Below, piece after piece: positions 27,628 to 37,267 of a DNA stretch of 49,774 bases. A program made the position numbers and the translations under genes. The notes beneath the pieces were generated by a model that was not told the DNA's origin, did not search any database, and saw only the letters and a list, made by a program, of their open reading frames with translations. Each line of letters begins with the position of its first letter. The first letter of the stretch is position 1. The DNA is from Truepera sp. (GTDB lineage Bacteria; Deinococcota; Deinococci; Deinococcales; Trueperaceae), in assembly GCA_965218435.1 (NCBI GenBank), contig CBDCKW010000003.1, positions 1 through 49,774 on the forward strand, read 5' to 3'.

Positions 27628-29486
27628 TGCGCGGTGGCCTCGCCCACCTCGTCTGGCGACGCCGCCTCCCCTGGTTGCTGGGTATGCTCGCGCTTGCCCT
27701 CGGGGGCGGGATTTTTGGGTGGCTTCAGGGGCGCTTCGCGTGGAGAGTTCTAGCGGAGGAAGGCGTTGACCTCCTCCCAGGGCGCTGCCTGGAGCTCCTG
27801 AGCTGCGCCGAGTACTACGGGCGCTACCGCGCGTGGCTGGGCGAGTGGTGGACCTGGCTGGTCGACTCCGGACACGTCGAGCCCCTCCTCTTGGGCTCGG
27901 CCGTCGGCGCGTTTCTGGTAGGGGTCGTTGGTGCCGTCGCCGCGTACCCCAAACTGCGGGATATGCTCTTTGCCGCCCGGCAACTGCGCCTCCGCGCCGA
28001 GGAGGACCCCTGGCGGGTGCGCCACAAGCGCCCGCTGCGTTTGCCTAACGTCTACGGTCGTTTTTGGGCAGCGAGCAGCCAGATCAGGGACATGTTCTTA
28101 GCGCGTCTTCCCCGCCGCCTGGCGGGTCGCCTGTTGTTTCTCGGGACGTGGGGCCGCCAGCTCATCACCATCTACCCCGGTTGGGACGGCAAGCCCGAAC
28201 TCGACCACCTGCTCGTGGTGGCCCCCACCGGGAGCGGCAAGGGGATGCTGATTAAGGCAAACCTGGCGGCCTGGACCGGGAGCGCCATCGTGGCGGAGCT
28301 TAAAGGGGAGTTCTACCGTGACCTCGCCGGATACCTCACGGCCCGCGGAGGGCGCTGCCTGACGTTCAGCGTCACAGGCGTGGGTCACCGTTACGACCCC
28401 TTCGAGGAGTTCGACGACGAGCTTGGCCTCCAGACGGCGGCGAACCTGCTCATCCAGCCCGAAAAAGACGGGCGCAACCAGATTTTCGGCCAGCGCGCCG
28501 CCCTCGCGCTGCACGCCGGGCTCCTCGCCGCCCGCCGCCTCGGGCGCGCTACTCTCCCCTACCTGGCTGAGATCAGCGCTGGGGGAATGCGCGCCTACCT
28601 GGAAACGCTCTCTGCGCTAGACGACCCGGCAATCACAAGAAAGATCAACGCCTTTCTAAGCGAGCCGCCGGGTAGCAGAGACTGGGACGAGGTAGCGCAA
28701 GACCGTTTTATGCAGTCGAGCTGGGGCAACCTCACCACCCGGCTCGAGCCGCTCTGCGCTGCGCCTATCCTGGCCGCCACTAGCGGAAGCGATTTTAGAG
28801 CCGTGGACCTTAGACGACATCCGATCACCCTCTTTTTGAATTTTCCCTTGGAGACCCTCGAGGCTACGCTGCCGCTTTATCAGCTCGTCACCGAGTCGCT
28901 GCTACGCGGGTTGACTCAGGGGGATCAGGCCCGCTCCGAGTACCGCGACCACCCTGTTTTGTGGATATGCGATGAGGCCCACCTACTGGTGCCGCCTAAA
29001 CTACCTGAGCATCTCAACAGTTTGCGTGACTGGGGCGTCGCTGCCTGGGTCGTGTTGCAGAGTCGGGCACAACTCCGCGCCCTCTACGGGGCCGACGGTG
29101 CGGAGGCTATCGAAGCAGGCTGCGCCACGCAGGTCTACTACCGCCCCGCTGACCTAGAAACCCCGAAATACATCAGCGCCCGCGCGGGCATGATGCCGTT
29201 TCCGCAGGAGAGTACCAGCCAGCGCGAAGCGGAGCCCAAAGGGAGCACAAGCCTGAGCCTTACCACCCGGCCACTGATCCGCCCCGAGGCGATTATGGAG
29301 CTGCGTGACGACCGAATCCTCGTGTTCCCACGGGGCCGCCCACCCGTGGCGGCGCACCGGCTCTGGCCGACCGACCTCGGCTACGGCAACGCAGCCTTTG
29401 TGGAGCGCCGGGTAAACGGGGAGGTGCGGCTCACACCAAGGCACCCGGCCCCCGCACTTGTTCGTTTACAGGTGCCGCCAAGCTAA
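27627..29486 (+). CDS. VirD4/TraG-like type IV coupling protein
   Basis: Two N-terminal transmembrane segments, HLLVVAPTGSGKG, ELKGE, ICDEAH and LQSRAQLRALYG. Confidence 0.9.
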   Translation: MRGGLAHLVWRRRLPWLLGMLALALGGGIFGWLQGRFAWRVLAEEGVDLLPGRCLELLSCAEYYGRYRAWLGEWWTWLVDSGHVEPLLLGSAVGAFLVGVVGAVAAYPKLRDMLFAARQLRLRAEEDPWRVRHKRPLRLPNVYGRFWAASSQIRDMFLARLPRRLAGRLLFLGTWGRQLITIYPGWDGKPELDHLLVVAPTGSGKGMLIKANLAAWTGSAIVAELKGEFYRDLAGYLTARGGRCLTFSVTGVGHRYDPFEEFDDELGLQTAANLLIQPEKDGRNQIFGQRAALALHAGLLAARRLGRATLPYLAEISAGGMRAYLETLSALDDPAITRKINAFLSEPPGSRDWDEVAQDRFMQSSWGNLTTRLEPLCAAPILAATSGSDFRAVDLRRHPITLFLNFPLETLEATLPLYQLVTESLLRGLTQGDQARSEYRDHPVLWICDEAHLLVPPKLPEHLNSLRDWGVAAWVVLQSRAQLRALYGADGAEAIEAGCATQVYYRPADLETPKYISARAGMMPFPQESTSQREAEPKGSTSLSLTTRPLIRPEAIMELRDDRILVFPRGRPPVAAHRLWPTDLGYGNAAFVERRVNGEVRLTPRHPAPALVRLQVPPS

Positions 29487-29876
29487 GAGTCTGAGCCCCC
29501 ACAGCACCCTACAGCGGGACCCCGAAGAGGCAAGGCGGGTGAGGCTGCGAGTGCCAAAAGGACTGCGCCTTCAGGGGCTGTCGGAAGGATCGCTAGGGCA
29601 CGGGCGAAAGGAGAAGGTAACCCTTGAGGGCCTACGACGATCACGCCCGGTGGGTGCATCCCAACCGAGGCTCACCTCTCCCCTCTTACGCTCGCCTCAC
29701 GACTGTGCTGCCTACCGTCACCCCGGAATATACAGTAGGTGTCTCCTCCACTAACTTCGGCGGATCAGCATCAACCCAACCTTGCGCTCTTCTAGGGCTA
29801 CTTAAATATCACCAGGGCTGCTATGACGGGCCGCAACATCTCAGCAGAGCGAGGGGGCCGCCATGCTAAATACATA

Positions 29877-29906
29877 TATGGATTTATGTAAGACCATAAA
29901 TCCATA
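29877..29906. repeat. Perfect 12-6-12 inverted repeat in the AT-rich region upstream of rep
   Basis: TATGGATTTATG-taagac-CATAAATCCATA. Confidence 0.85.
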
Positions 29907-30331
29907 ACTTTGTCACCCGTCATCATTGTCGTCTCTCACTCATTAAAGGTCTTATGGGGTTATGGTTAACTTTATCCCTGTACGACTTTAGGACCTCGCT
30001 TAAACACCATGCAGGACGTGCTTTTCCCTACCTGGTGGAGGAAAAGTGTGTTAGGGTAACGGGCAATAGGATTGGAGAAAAGCTGAACACGTAGAGCTAC
30101 GTAGGGCGTAGCGGCACAACAAATGAGGAACTCCCGGTTGTTAGCAGCAACCAGGAGCACCGAGCACGGCAAAGACTGTACTTCTTCCTAAAGTCAGTCT
30201 ACGTGCTCGGAAGGGACCCGTCAACCTCTTTGACACCTTTCTGGAGCAACTATGAAGCCTTATACAACCGAATATCCCTGGTCGGCCTCCCCCGCTGAGC
30301 CCCTTCGTGGGCCGCAGTTCGGGGGTCGGCG

Positions 30332-31414
30332 GTGACCCCGGCGCTGCAAGCGCAGCTCGAGCGCCTCGGCCAGACGCTGGCCTCACGAAACAACCAGCCT
30401 GTTGCCCTGTTCGCGCTTCCGAAAGAGAGTAACCCTGAGACACCGCTAGCAGCGCCTGAGCGCTTTCCTGAGCCCGCCGAGCCGGTTTTGCGCAGAGATA
30501 CTGCGGGTATACCCCTCCAAGAGGCCGTGGAGAGCTTCTCAACGCGTCAGGTCGCCCGGGTGGTGAAGGACCTCAACCCCTTGGCGCTGCGCATCTACGC
30601 CCTGCTTAACTTGCTGGGTTGTACGGTAGCCCACCGCCGCGGCTACCACCGCAAAGCCAGCCAAGTGAGCTACTTCTGCCCCGCCGAGTTGATCTGCGCC
30701 CACCTAAGGATCAGCAGGGGATCGTTCTACCGCTCGCTCAAAGAACTGTTGGCACTAGGGCTGGTCGATGCCCGCGGTCACAAGACGACGATCAACGGCT
30801 GGGCGGTGCGCTGCGACGGCACTCTCTGGTCGGTCAAGCTGTTGCCGCACCGGGGCAGCCGCGCCCGCTTGCGCTTTGATGACCTCAAAGCCCAGTACCG
30901 CGACCTGGAAGCCGATATCGAAGCCGGAAACACTGTCTATGCCCAGACGCGACAGTCAAGTACAGGTAAAACTGATGTAGTGACATTTGAGTCTTTACTT
31001 GTTTGGGCGTTACCCCCCGTACGCGCCCAAAACCCCGTTACCTTGACTGTCGCGTCCGACGAACGCTTGTCCCTGGAGATCCTGCTCGACGTCCCCTTTA
31101 TCCCCAAGCAGGGGAGACGGGAAGGGGTCGACAGGGCGGCTCGAGCCCTCGCCCAGCATCTCACTGACGACACCTCCCTCAACTTTTACCGCTACCTGGT
31201 GTGGCAGCTCCTGAGGCTGCATCAGCAGGGGAGAGACTACCTGTTGGCCGTCTACCAGCTGGTCCAGAGGGCTAACGCCGACCATAGGGAAGGCTTCGCC
31301 AGGAAGCCCGGAGCCCTGTTCGTGTCCCGGCTCAAGGCCTGTGCGCTGTGGAACGAGCTGAGGGAGGTGTCACAGGTGCGGGTAGGAGGATCATTGCCAT
31401 GTCTGAAATCTTGA
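30332..31414 (+). CDS. Putative plasmid replication initiator (Deinococcus/Thermus-plasmid-like, winged HTH)
   Basis: HTH-like ELICAHLRISRGSFYRSLKELLALGLV, DGTLWSVKL and RKPGALFVSRLK. It is the only Rep candidate; the family call is from memory. Confidence 0.65.
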   Translation: MTPALQAQLERLGQTLASRNNQPVALFALPKESNPETPLAAPERFPEPAEPVLRRDTAGIPLQEAVESFSTRQVARVVKDLNPLALRIYALLNLLGCTVAHRRGYHRKASQVSYFCPAELICAHLRISRGSFYRSLKELLALGLVDARGHKTTINGWAVRCDGTLWSVKLLPHRGSRARLRFDDLKAQYRDLEADIEAGNTVYAQTRQSSTGKTDVVTFESLLVWALPPVRAQNPVTLTVASDERLSLEILLDVPFIPKQGRREGVDRAARALAQHLTDDTSLNFYRYLVWQLLRLHQQGRDYLLAVYQLVQRANADHREGFARKPGALFVSRLKACALWNELREVSQVRVGGSLPCLKS

Positions 31415-31713
31415 CGCTTAACGACTACCGGGGCCGCACCGTGCGCTTGACAGTGGAACGGCAGCACATTTTGGAGCATCCCGAGATGGTCGGGCAGCAG
31501 GCGCGCATCGTCCAGACGCTCGCGGCACCCGAGCTGGTGGTTGCCACGTCGCTCGGTACAAGCGTTTACGTCTATTACCGCTTCTACACCTCGACGCCTG
31601 TTACCAACAAGTATCTACATGTAGCCGTTAAACTGACTCAAGCTGACGCGTTCGTGCTCACGGCCTTTTACAGCCGCCGTCAGAAGAGAGGAAAAACCAT
31701 ATGGCCGGATTAA
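31399..31713 (+). CDS. Putative RelE/BECR-fold toxin
   Basis: HILEHPEM...YYRFY...VAVK...FVLTAFY; overlaps a DUF2283-like gene; AGGAGG precedes the ATG at 31399. Confidence 0.65.
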   Translation: MSEILTLNDYRGRTVRLTVERQHILEHPEMVGQQARIVQTLAAPELVVATSLGTSVYVYYRFYTSTPVTNKYLHVAVKLTQADAFVLTAFYSRRQKRGKTIWPD

Positions 31714-31916
31714 AGGTTTGGTACGACCAGGAGGGCGACCTGCTCGACGTGCGCTTTGAGGACGCGCCCGCGGCCCTCGAGGAGGTCGCCGATGACGTGT
31801 TCGAGCGCCGTACCCCCGAAGGCAGGGTCATCGGCTTCATGGTCATGAACTTCAGCAAACACGATCAGGCGACCCTGACCTTACCCTTCAGTGTGGGCGT
31901 CTTACCTGCTGCCTGA
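31701..31916 (+). CDS. DUF2283-like antitoxin
   Basis: LKVWYDQEGDLLDVRF...GRVIGFMVMNFS. Confidence 0.8.
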   Translation: MAGLKVWYDQEGDLLDVRFEDAPAALEEVADDVFERRTPEGRVIGFMVMNFSKHDQATLTLPFSVGVLPAA

Positions 31917-31995
31917 ACCAAGATTCGGTCTTTTCTGGGTATAACTGCCCGTACAGACATGTCATCTCGCCCTTACAAACCACTAAACTGACCGT

Positions 31996-32250
31996 ATGGG
32001 CAGAAAATCACGGCTGAAGCGGCTGCGCCGTACACTCGCCCCCTCGCCTGAACTCGAGCCCTTGTTAAGCGCTTACCTGGCAGCTCGGGCTGAACTCGCG
32101 GAAGGGGCAGACGTTGCGGTGTTCCAGGGGCAGCTCGTCAACGGAGAAACTCTGACCGAGCTGTACTTCAGCGAGGGCGAGAGGCTTGGTCTTTCCCGGA
32201 CCCAGCTGCTCACTTCCCTGATGGTCGAGATGAACCTTGACGAACCGTAA
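31996..32250 (+). CDS. Hypothetical protein, 84 aa
   Basis: Stand-alone ORF with plausible codon usage; no motif recognised. Confidence 0.5.
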   Translation: MGRKSRLKRLRRTLAPSPELEPLLSAYLAARAELAEGADVAVFQGQLVNGETLTELYFSEGERLGLSRTQLLTSLMVEMNLDEP

Positions 32251-32265
32251 GTATCAAAATACCTT

Positions 32266-32313
32266 CAAACGCCTAAACATTTGAACTTCTAAATAGTCAA
32301 ATGTTCAAAAAGC
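32266..32313. repeat. 8-bp-period YAAAnnnn array (6 units), centromere-like
   Basis: caaacgcc taaacatt tgaacttc taaatagt caaatgtt caaaaagc. Confidence 0.7.
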
Positions 32314-32323
32314 TATATCAAGG

Positions 32324-32620
32324 ATGAGCACACGAGCCACCATCACCGGTCACCATCCCGCAGGCGGTGCGGCAGCGGCTGGGCCCAAGCAGGGCGATCA
32401 GGTCGTATTCGTTACCGAGAACGGGATGACGGTGATGAAGCCCGCCAAGGGCGAGGCCAACCCTTTCGAGCGGTACGCAGGCGTGCTCGGCGGTTTTGAC
32501 ACCAAGGACGAGGTGAACGCCTGATTGGGTGAGTTGTGGGACGACGAGTAGGTGCTCACAGCGGTCAACATCAACGTCATCAGCGCGCTGTAGCCCAGAG
32601 AGCCCGCAGCCACACCGCCT
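32324..32620 (+). pseudogene. Decayed AbrB-PIN toxin-antitoxin pair
   Basis: Frameshifted VTIPQAVRQRLGPKQGDQVVF...NPFERYAG with an internal stop, followed by MLTAVNINVISAL*, a degraded PIN start. Confidence 0.7.
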
Positions 32621-32707
32621 ACCCCGAGCTGAAAGATTAGCGTTCTGGAACAGGAGTTTCCCCGTTTCCCGACCTTTCGTCAAGCGCACATGTCAGTGTT
32701 GTTCGTC

Positions 32708-32747
32708 CAAACATTTAAGCACTTAAAAATCTGTACGTTTAGACGTT
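32708..32747. repeat. 8-bp-period array (5 degenerate units) upstream of parA1
   Basis: caaacatt taagcact taaaaatc tgtacgtt tagacgtt. Confidence 0.55.
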
Positions 32748-32793
32748 CAGCCTGATGTAAGGTTATCCTGAGCGTGAGACGTGAGGTGACTCT

Positions 32794-33411
32794 TTGATCA
32801 TCGTCGTGGCAAACCAAAAGGGTGGGGTCGGCAAGACCACCACGACCTTGACCCTAGCGCACCTTTTGCGCCTCGAGGGCGAGGACGTGGCCGTCGTCGA
32901 CCTAGATGCGCCCGGCCCGAACCGCGCTGCCGGGGCGAGCGCCGCCGAGCGCCGAGCTAAAGCCATCGGCATTCCCGCCTACACGATCGACACCCTGCCG
33001 GACGAACTTCCCCGTTATGTCCTCCTCGACTGCCCGCCCGACGCGGCGAATGAAGACCTAAGGACCGCCCTCGGGCTCGCCGACTTCGTCGTCGTCCCCA
33101 CCTCGCCCAGCATCGACGAGCTTGAGGTGGCGATGGCGTTCGCCTCGAGGCTGCTGACCGACCGGCCCTACCGCTTGCTGCTGACCCGCGTGTACCACTC
33201 GGGCTCTGAGGCCGCGACCACCCGCAAGTGGCTGCGCGAGCAGGGCTTCGCGGTCATGGACGCCGAGGTCACGGACTACCGGGCGTACAAGGACGCCGCT
33301 CTCAGAGACACCACCGTGGCGGGGCTCGAGACCTACGCCGCCCGCCGCGCCCGCCGTGACTATCTGGACGCGCTTCACGAGATCAGGAGGACACTCCGTG
33401 GCAGCCAATAA
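32794..33411 (+). CDS. parA: Short ParA ATPase (type Ib, ParF-like)
   Basis: [10 protein letters not shown] and LLDCPP; 205 aa; no N-terminal HTH. Confidence 0.92.
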   Translation: MIIVVANQKGGVGKTTTTLTLAHLLRLEGEDVAVVDLDAPGPNRAAGASAAERRAKAIGIPAYTIDTLPDELPRYVLLDCPPDAANEDLRTALGLADFVVVPTSPSIDELEVAMAFASRLLTDRPYRLLLTRVYHSGSEAATTRKWLREQGFAVMDAEVTDYRAYKDAALRDTTVAGLETYAARRARRDYLDALHEIRRTLRGSQ

Positions 33412-33661
33412 GCTGGCCGAGCGCCTGGCCAAGCGCCAGCGCGTCGCCATCGACAAGGATGATTTGGCGAAGCCGGGTGAGCGGGACGTGCCACCGCCCG
33501 GAACGCACCGAGAAAAACTCGCCCAGGGCTGGAAACGGGTCGCCACCGTGTTGCCTCCCGCCGAACACCAGGCGTTCAAGATCGCCGCGCTCAGGGCCGA
33601 CCGGGAGATGAGCGACGTCATCCGCGACCTCATCGCCGATTGGGTAGAGGCTCAATCATAA
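33398..33661 (+). CDS. RHH centromere-binding protein (ParG-like)
   Basis: GTG start after [40 protein letters not shown]. Confidence 0.8.
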   Translation: MAANKLAERLAKRQRVAIDKDDLAKPGERDVPPPGTHREKLAQGWKRVATVLPPAEHQAFKIAALRADREMSDVIRDLIADWVEAQS

Positions 33662-33722
33662 AACGCTAAACTTTCAAATGTTTAAACAGATAAAACATCA
33701 AATGCCCAAATGCTTAAAACAT
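33659..33722. repeat. 8-bp-period YAAAnnnn array (8 units) downstream of the parA1 operon
   Basis: taaaacgc taaacttt caaatgtt taaacaga taaaacat caaatgcc caaatgct taaaacat. Confidence 0.8.
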
Positions 33723-33802
33723 GGACGACTTCACCGTTAGCCGTTGCCGCTTGGCCCTTCAGAACGTGCGGGCAGAGGGTGCCCACCCCGGTACACTGAG
33801 GC

Positions 33803-34485
33803 GTGATCCACCCGTGGGACGATCTCTGCACCAGCGGGCATCAGCGAGCGGCACCACGGTGAACTGGAGCCGCGACGCGCTCACTCTGCTCACCCCGCAC
33901 GTCAAGTCGGGGACTCGGCTTCTCGACCTCGGCTGCGGTCAGGGTAGCTTGGCGCTCGAGTTCGCTCGGCAGGGGGCCGTGGTGACAGGGCTCGACGTGT
34001 CGCCCGCGGCGATCCAGGTTGCCACCCGGCTCGCCCGGGAGCGCGGCACCCCGGCTACCTTTGTCGTCGCCGACCTCGCGGAGCCGCTGCCCTTTAAGGA
34101 CGCCTCGTTCGAGGTGGTGAGCACCGTCTTGTCCCTGCATTACTTCCGCCGTGAGGTCACGGCGTGCGTCGTCCGGGAGATCGCCCGCGTGAGCACTCCC
34201 GGGGGCCTGCTGTGCCTCTACGTCAACACGCTCCAAGAGGGGAAGAGGCGCGCCGAGCGGGGCCAAGTCAGCGCGACTGTAGAGCCCGGCGTGGTGACCG
34301 AACGAGACGGCGTGACGCGGCGCTACTTCGGCGAGGACGATCTGCGAGAGTTGCTTGGGAACTGGGCTATCGACCTGCTCGAGCCGATAACTATCAAGAG
34401 CTTAGGGGGAAGAGGCAAGTCGTGCTGGCGTGTGCTGGCGAGACGCCCTGTTGATCCCCACATGCCCTTTGAGGAGATGCGATGA
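33803..34485 (+). CDS. Class I SAM-dependent methyltransferase; start uncertain, possible 1-nt deletion near 33829
   Basis: LLDLGCGQG, GLDVS and PLPFKDASFE. The GTG at 33803 gives MIHPWDDL, which needs one extra base to join the main frame. Confidence 0.8.
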
Positions 34486-36431
34486 TGACCGACCTTACCG
34501 CTGAGCTGATCGCCGATCTGACCCTGCCGCAAGCCCCTCAGCTCTCGCCGGGCGGGCGCTTCGTAACCTACACGCTCGCCGGGATGAGTAAGCGCGGTGA
34601 GTTCGAGACCAGCGCCCTCTGGGTGGCTGCCACGGACGGTTCCGAAGCGCCCCGGCAGTTCACGGCGGGGACCGCGCACAACCACTCTCCCCGCTGGTCG
34701 CCGGACGGCCTCCAGCTGGCGTTTTTGTCCGACCGGGCGAAGCGGGGCACCGACCAGCTCTACCTCATCAGCGCGGCGGGCGGCGAAGCGCGCGCGCTCA
34801 CCGACACCGAGCACGACAAGCCGGTCGAGGCCTTTCTCTGGTCGCCCGGTGGCGGGCAGATCGCCTTCACCAGCGTAGACGAGCCGACCGAGGAGGATAA
34901 GCGGCGGGACGAGGCGCGCGACGACGCCCGGGTTTACGGCGAATGGCTCCCCCACGCCCGCCTGCGGCTCGTGTCCGTGGCCACGGGCGAGGTGACGACG
35001 CTCGCGGCTGGCCCCCGCCACGTCGCGGCGTTTGCGTGGGCTCCGCACGGGACAGGGCTGGCCTATCTCGTGCGGCCTGCACCGGCTTTAGAGCACGCGG
35101 GCCGCGCTGACGTCGTCGAGGTCGTCCCGCTGGCCGGGGGTGAGGCGCGGGTCGTGTGCCGTCTGCCCGCCGGGGGGAGCGTGGCCGAGCTGACCTGGTC
35201 CGGCGACGGCGAGACGCTGCTGCTCATCGCGCCTGTCGGCTTCAAAAACCAGTCCTCCTACGCGGTCCATGCGGTTCCAGCCAGCGGCGGGGAGCCCGCC
35301 CACCTTGCCCTGGGGGAAGACAGCTGCGCCGGGGGGTTGCGGCAGCCACCGGGCGCGAGCAGGGCGGTGGTCGAGGTAGGCCGCGGCCTCTTCACCGAAC
35401 TCCACTGGCTGGACCCGAAGACGGGCGCGCTGGAGCCCCTCTGCACCTCAAGTGAGGACGACCCTTTCGACCTCTCAGGCTGGGATGTCCAACCTTTAGA
35501 GGGAGGCGGCGCGGTGGTCGCCGCGGTGAAGAGTTCGGGCGACAAGCCCTGGGAGGTGTACGCGGGCCGAACCGAGCCTGCCACTGGACCTGTGGCCCTA
35601 CAACAGCTCTCCCACCACCAGACGGCGCTCTCTGGTATGACCTTCGCCTCCCAGACGCCCTTTACCTGGACGGCTGCTGACGGCCTCGCGCTGGACGGCT
35701 GGGTCGTGCGGCCCCCGGACGCCACGGGTGAGCCCTTGCCGACTGTCGTCCTGGTTCACGGCGGTCCCTACGGGCGCTGGGGCGGCGGTTTGAACCTCTC
35801 CTGGGCCGCATGGGCACAGTGGCTGGCGCTCTCCGGGTACGCCGTACTGCTCCCCAACCCCCGGGGCGGCTACGGACGTGGGGAACGCTTCGCGGCCTCT
35901 GTCCGGGGCGCGGTCGGCCGGGAGGACTTCGGCGACGTGATGGCGATGGTCGACGCCGCGGTCGCAGAGGGGATCGCCGACCCCGAGCGGTTAGGCATCG
36001 GCGGCTGGAGCCAGGGGGGCTTCATGTCGGCCTGGGCGGTGACGCAGACGGACCGCTTTAAAGCGGCCGTCATGGGCGCGGGCGTCTCCAACTGGGGCCA
36101 GATGGTGGGGACGAGCGACGTGCCCGACTTCGAGCGGGAGCTAGGCGGCAGCGCACCGTGGGACGGGGCCGGGCCGCACCCGCACGCCGCCATCAGCCCG
36201 ATCTCGTTCGCACGGAACGTGAAAACGCCGGTGCTGATCCTGCACGGGGAGAACGACGAGCGGGTGCCGCTCAGCCAGGCCGTCGGCTTCCACCGCGCCC
36301 TGCGCGAGACCGGGGTGCCCACCGAGCTGGTCGTCTACCCGCGCGAGCCGCACGGCATCCGGGAGCGGGCACACCAGATCGACCTGCTGGGACGGGTGCG
36401 TGCCTGGTTTGAGTGCTGGCTCAACGCTTAG
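34482..36431 (+). CDS. S9 prolyl-oligopeptidase-family peptidase
   Basis: Propeller repeats (WSPDG), VHGGP, GWSQGG, HGENDERV and EPHG. Confidence 0.95.
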   Translation: MMTDLTAELIADLTLPQAPQLSPGGRFVTYTLAGMSKRGEFETSALWVAATDGSEAPRQFTAGTAHNHSPRWSPDGLQLAFLSDRAKRGTDQLYLISAAGGEARALTDTEHDKPVEAFLWSPGGGQIAFTSVDEPTEEDKRRDEARDDARVYGEWLPHARLRLVSVATGEVTTLAAGPRHVAAFAWAPHGTGLAYLVRPAPALEHAGRADVVEVVPLAGGEARVVCRLPAGGSVAELTWSGDGETLLLIAPVGFKNQSSYAVHAVPASGGEPAHLALGEDSCAGGLRQPPGASRAVVEVGRGLFTELHWLDPKTGALEPLCTSSEDDPFDLSGWDVQPLEGGGAVVAAVKSSGDKPWEVYAGRTEPATGPVALQQLSHHQTALSGMTFASQTPFTWTAADGLALDGWVVRPPDATGEPLPTVVLVHGGPYGRWGGGLNLSWAAWAQWLALSGYAVLLPNPRGGYGRGERFAASVRGAVGREDFGDVMAMVDAAVAEGIADPERLGIGGWSQGGFMSAWAVTQTDRFKAAVMGAGVSNWGQMVGTSDVPDFERELGGSAPWDGAGPHPHAAISPISFARNVKTPVLILHGENDERVPLSQAVGFHRALRETGVPTELVVYPREPHGIRERAHQIDLLGRVRAWFECWLNA

Positions 36432-36508
36432 AAACGCCCGTTAAGGCGAACGAACTATTATGGTAAAGTCTTATGGTTAACTTTAGATAAAGTCCTATGG
36501 GAGTCCAT

Positions 36509-37267
36509 ATGATCATCAGCGTGTCGAATCAAAAAGGAGGGGTGGGGAAGACCACGTCGGTTCACGCGCTCGGTACGGCGCTGGCTCAGGGCGGTGCGAA
36601 CGTCCTCTTGGTCGACCTCGACCCCCAGTCGTCTCTGACCATCTCCACCGGGCTCGAGCCGCAGGACGTTCACGTCTCGGTCTATGACGCCTTAGTGCGG
36701 GGGCGTGAGCTGCCCATCGTTGCCCTGTCGGAGCGGGTTGCGCTGGCCCCGTCGAACATCGACCTCTCGGCGGCTGAGATGGAGCTGATCAACGAGCTGG
36801 GCCGGGAGCGGGTCTTGGCCGACAAGCTACGTCCCCTCCAGGAGACCTACGACGCCATTATCATCGACAGCCCACCGTCTCTGGGGCTTTTGACCATCAA
36901 CGCCTTGACCGCGGCGGACGGGGTGCTGATCCCGGTCAACAGCGAGTACCTGGCGATGCGTGGCCTTCAGCTGCTCCTGAGCACCATCACCAAGGTCAAG
37001 ACACGCCTCAACCCGCAGCTGCACGTCTTGGGCATCCTGCCGACGATGTTCGACCACCGCACCCTCCACGCCCGCGAGGTCTTGGCCGGGCTAAAGGAAC
37101 AGTACGGCAAGGAGATCCCCATCTTCGAGCCGGTCCGCCGCTCCGTGCGCTTTGCCGAAGCCCCGATAGTCGGCCAGTCGATTCTCGACTATGCCGAGGA
37201 CTTAGAGGGGGCCGCCGCCTACCGCACGCTCGCCCAGGAGGTTACCCGTGACTCGCAGACGCGCTAG
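36509..37267 (+). CDS. parA: Second ParA/Soj ATPase
   Basis: [15 protein letters not shown] and IIDSPPSLG. Confidence 0.95.
   Translation: MIISVSNQKGGVGKTTSVHALGTALAQGGANVLLVDLDPQSSLTISTGLEPQDVHVSVYDALVRGRELPIVALSERVALAPSNIDLSAAEMELINELGRERVLADKLRPLQETYDAIIIDSPPSLGLLTINALTAADGVLIPVNSEYLAMRGLQLLLSTITKVKTRLNPQLHVLGILPTMFDHRTLHAREVLAGLKEQYGKEIPIFEPVRRSVRFAEAPIVGQSILDYAEDLEGAAAYRTLAQEVTRDSQTR

Noticed and set aside
33841..36412. Many overlapping and antisense ORFs in GC-rich genes (also 16-18, 27-29 and 43-46 kb)
   Set aside because: They are shadow frames of well-supported genes, with Arg/Pro/Ala-rich translations and no motifs.
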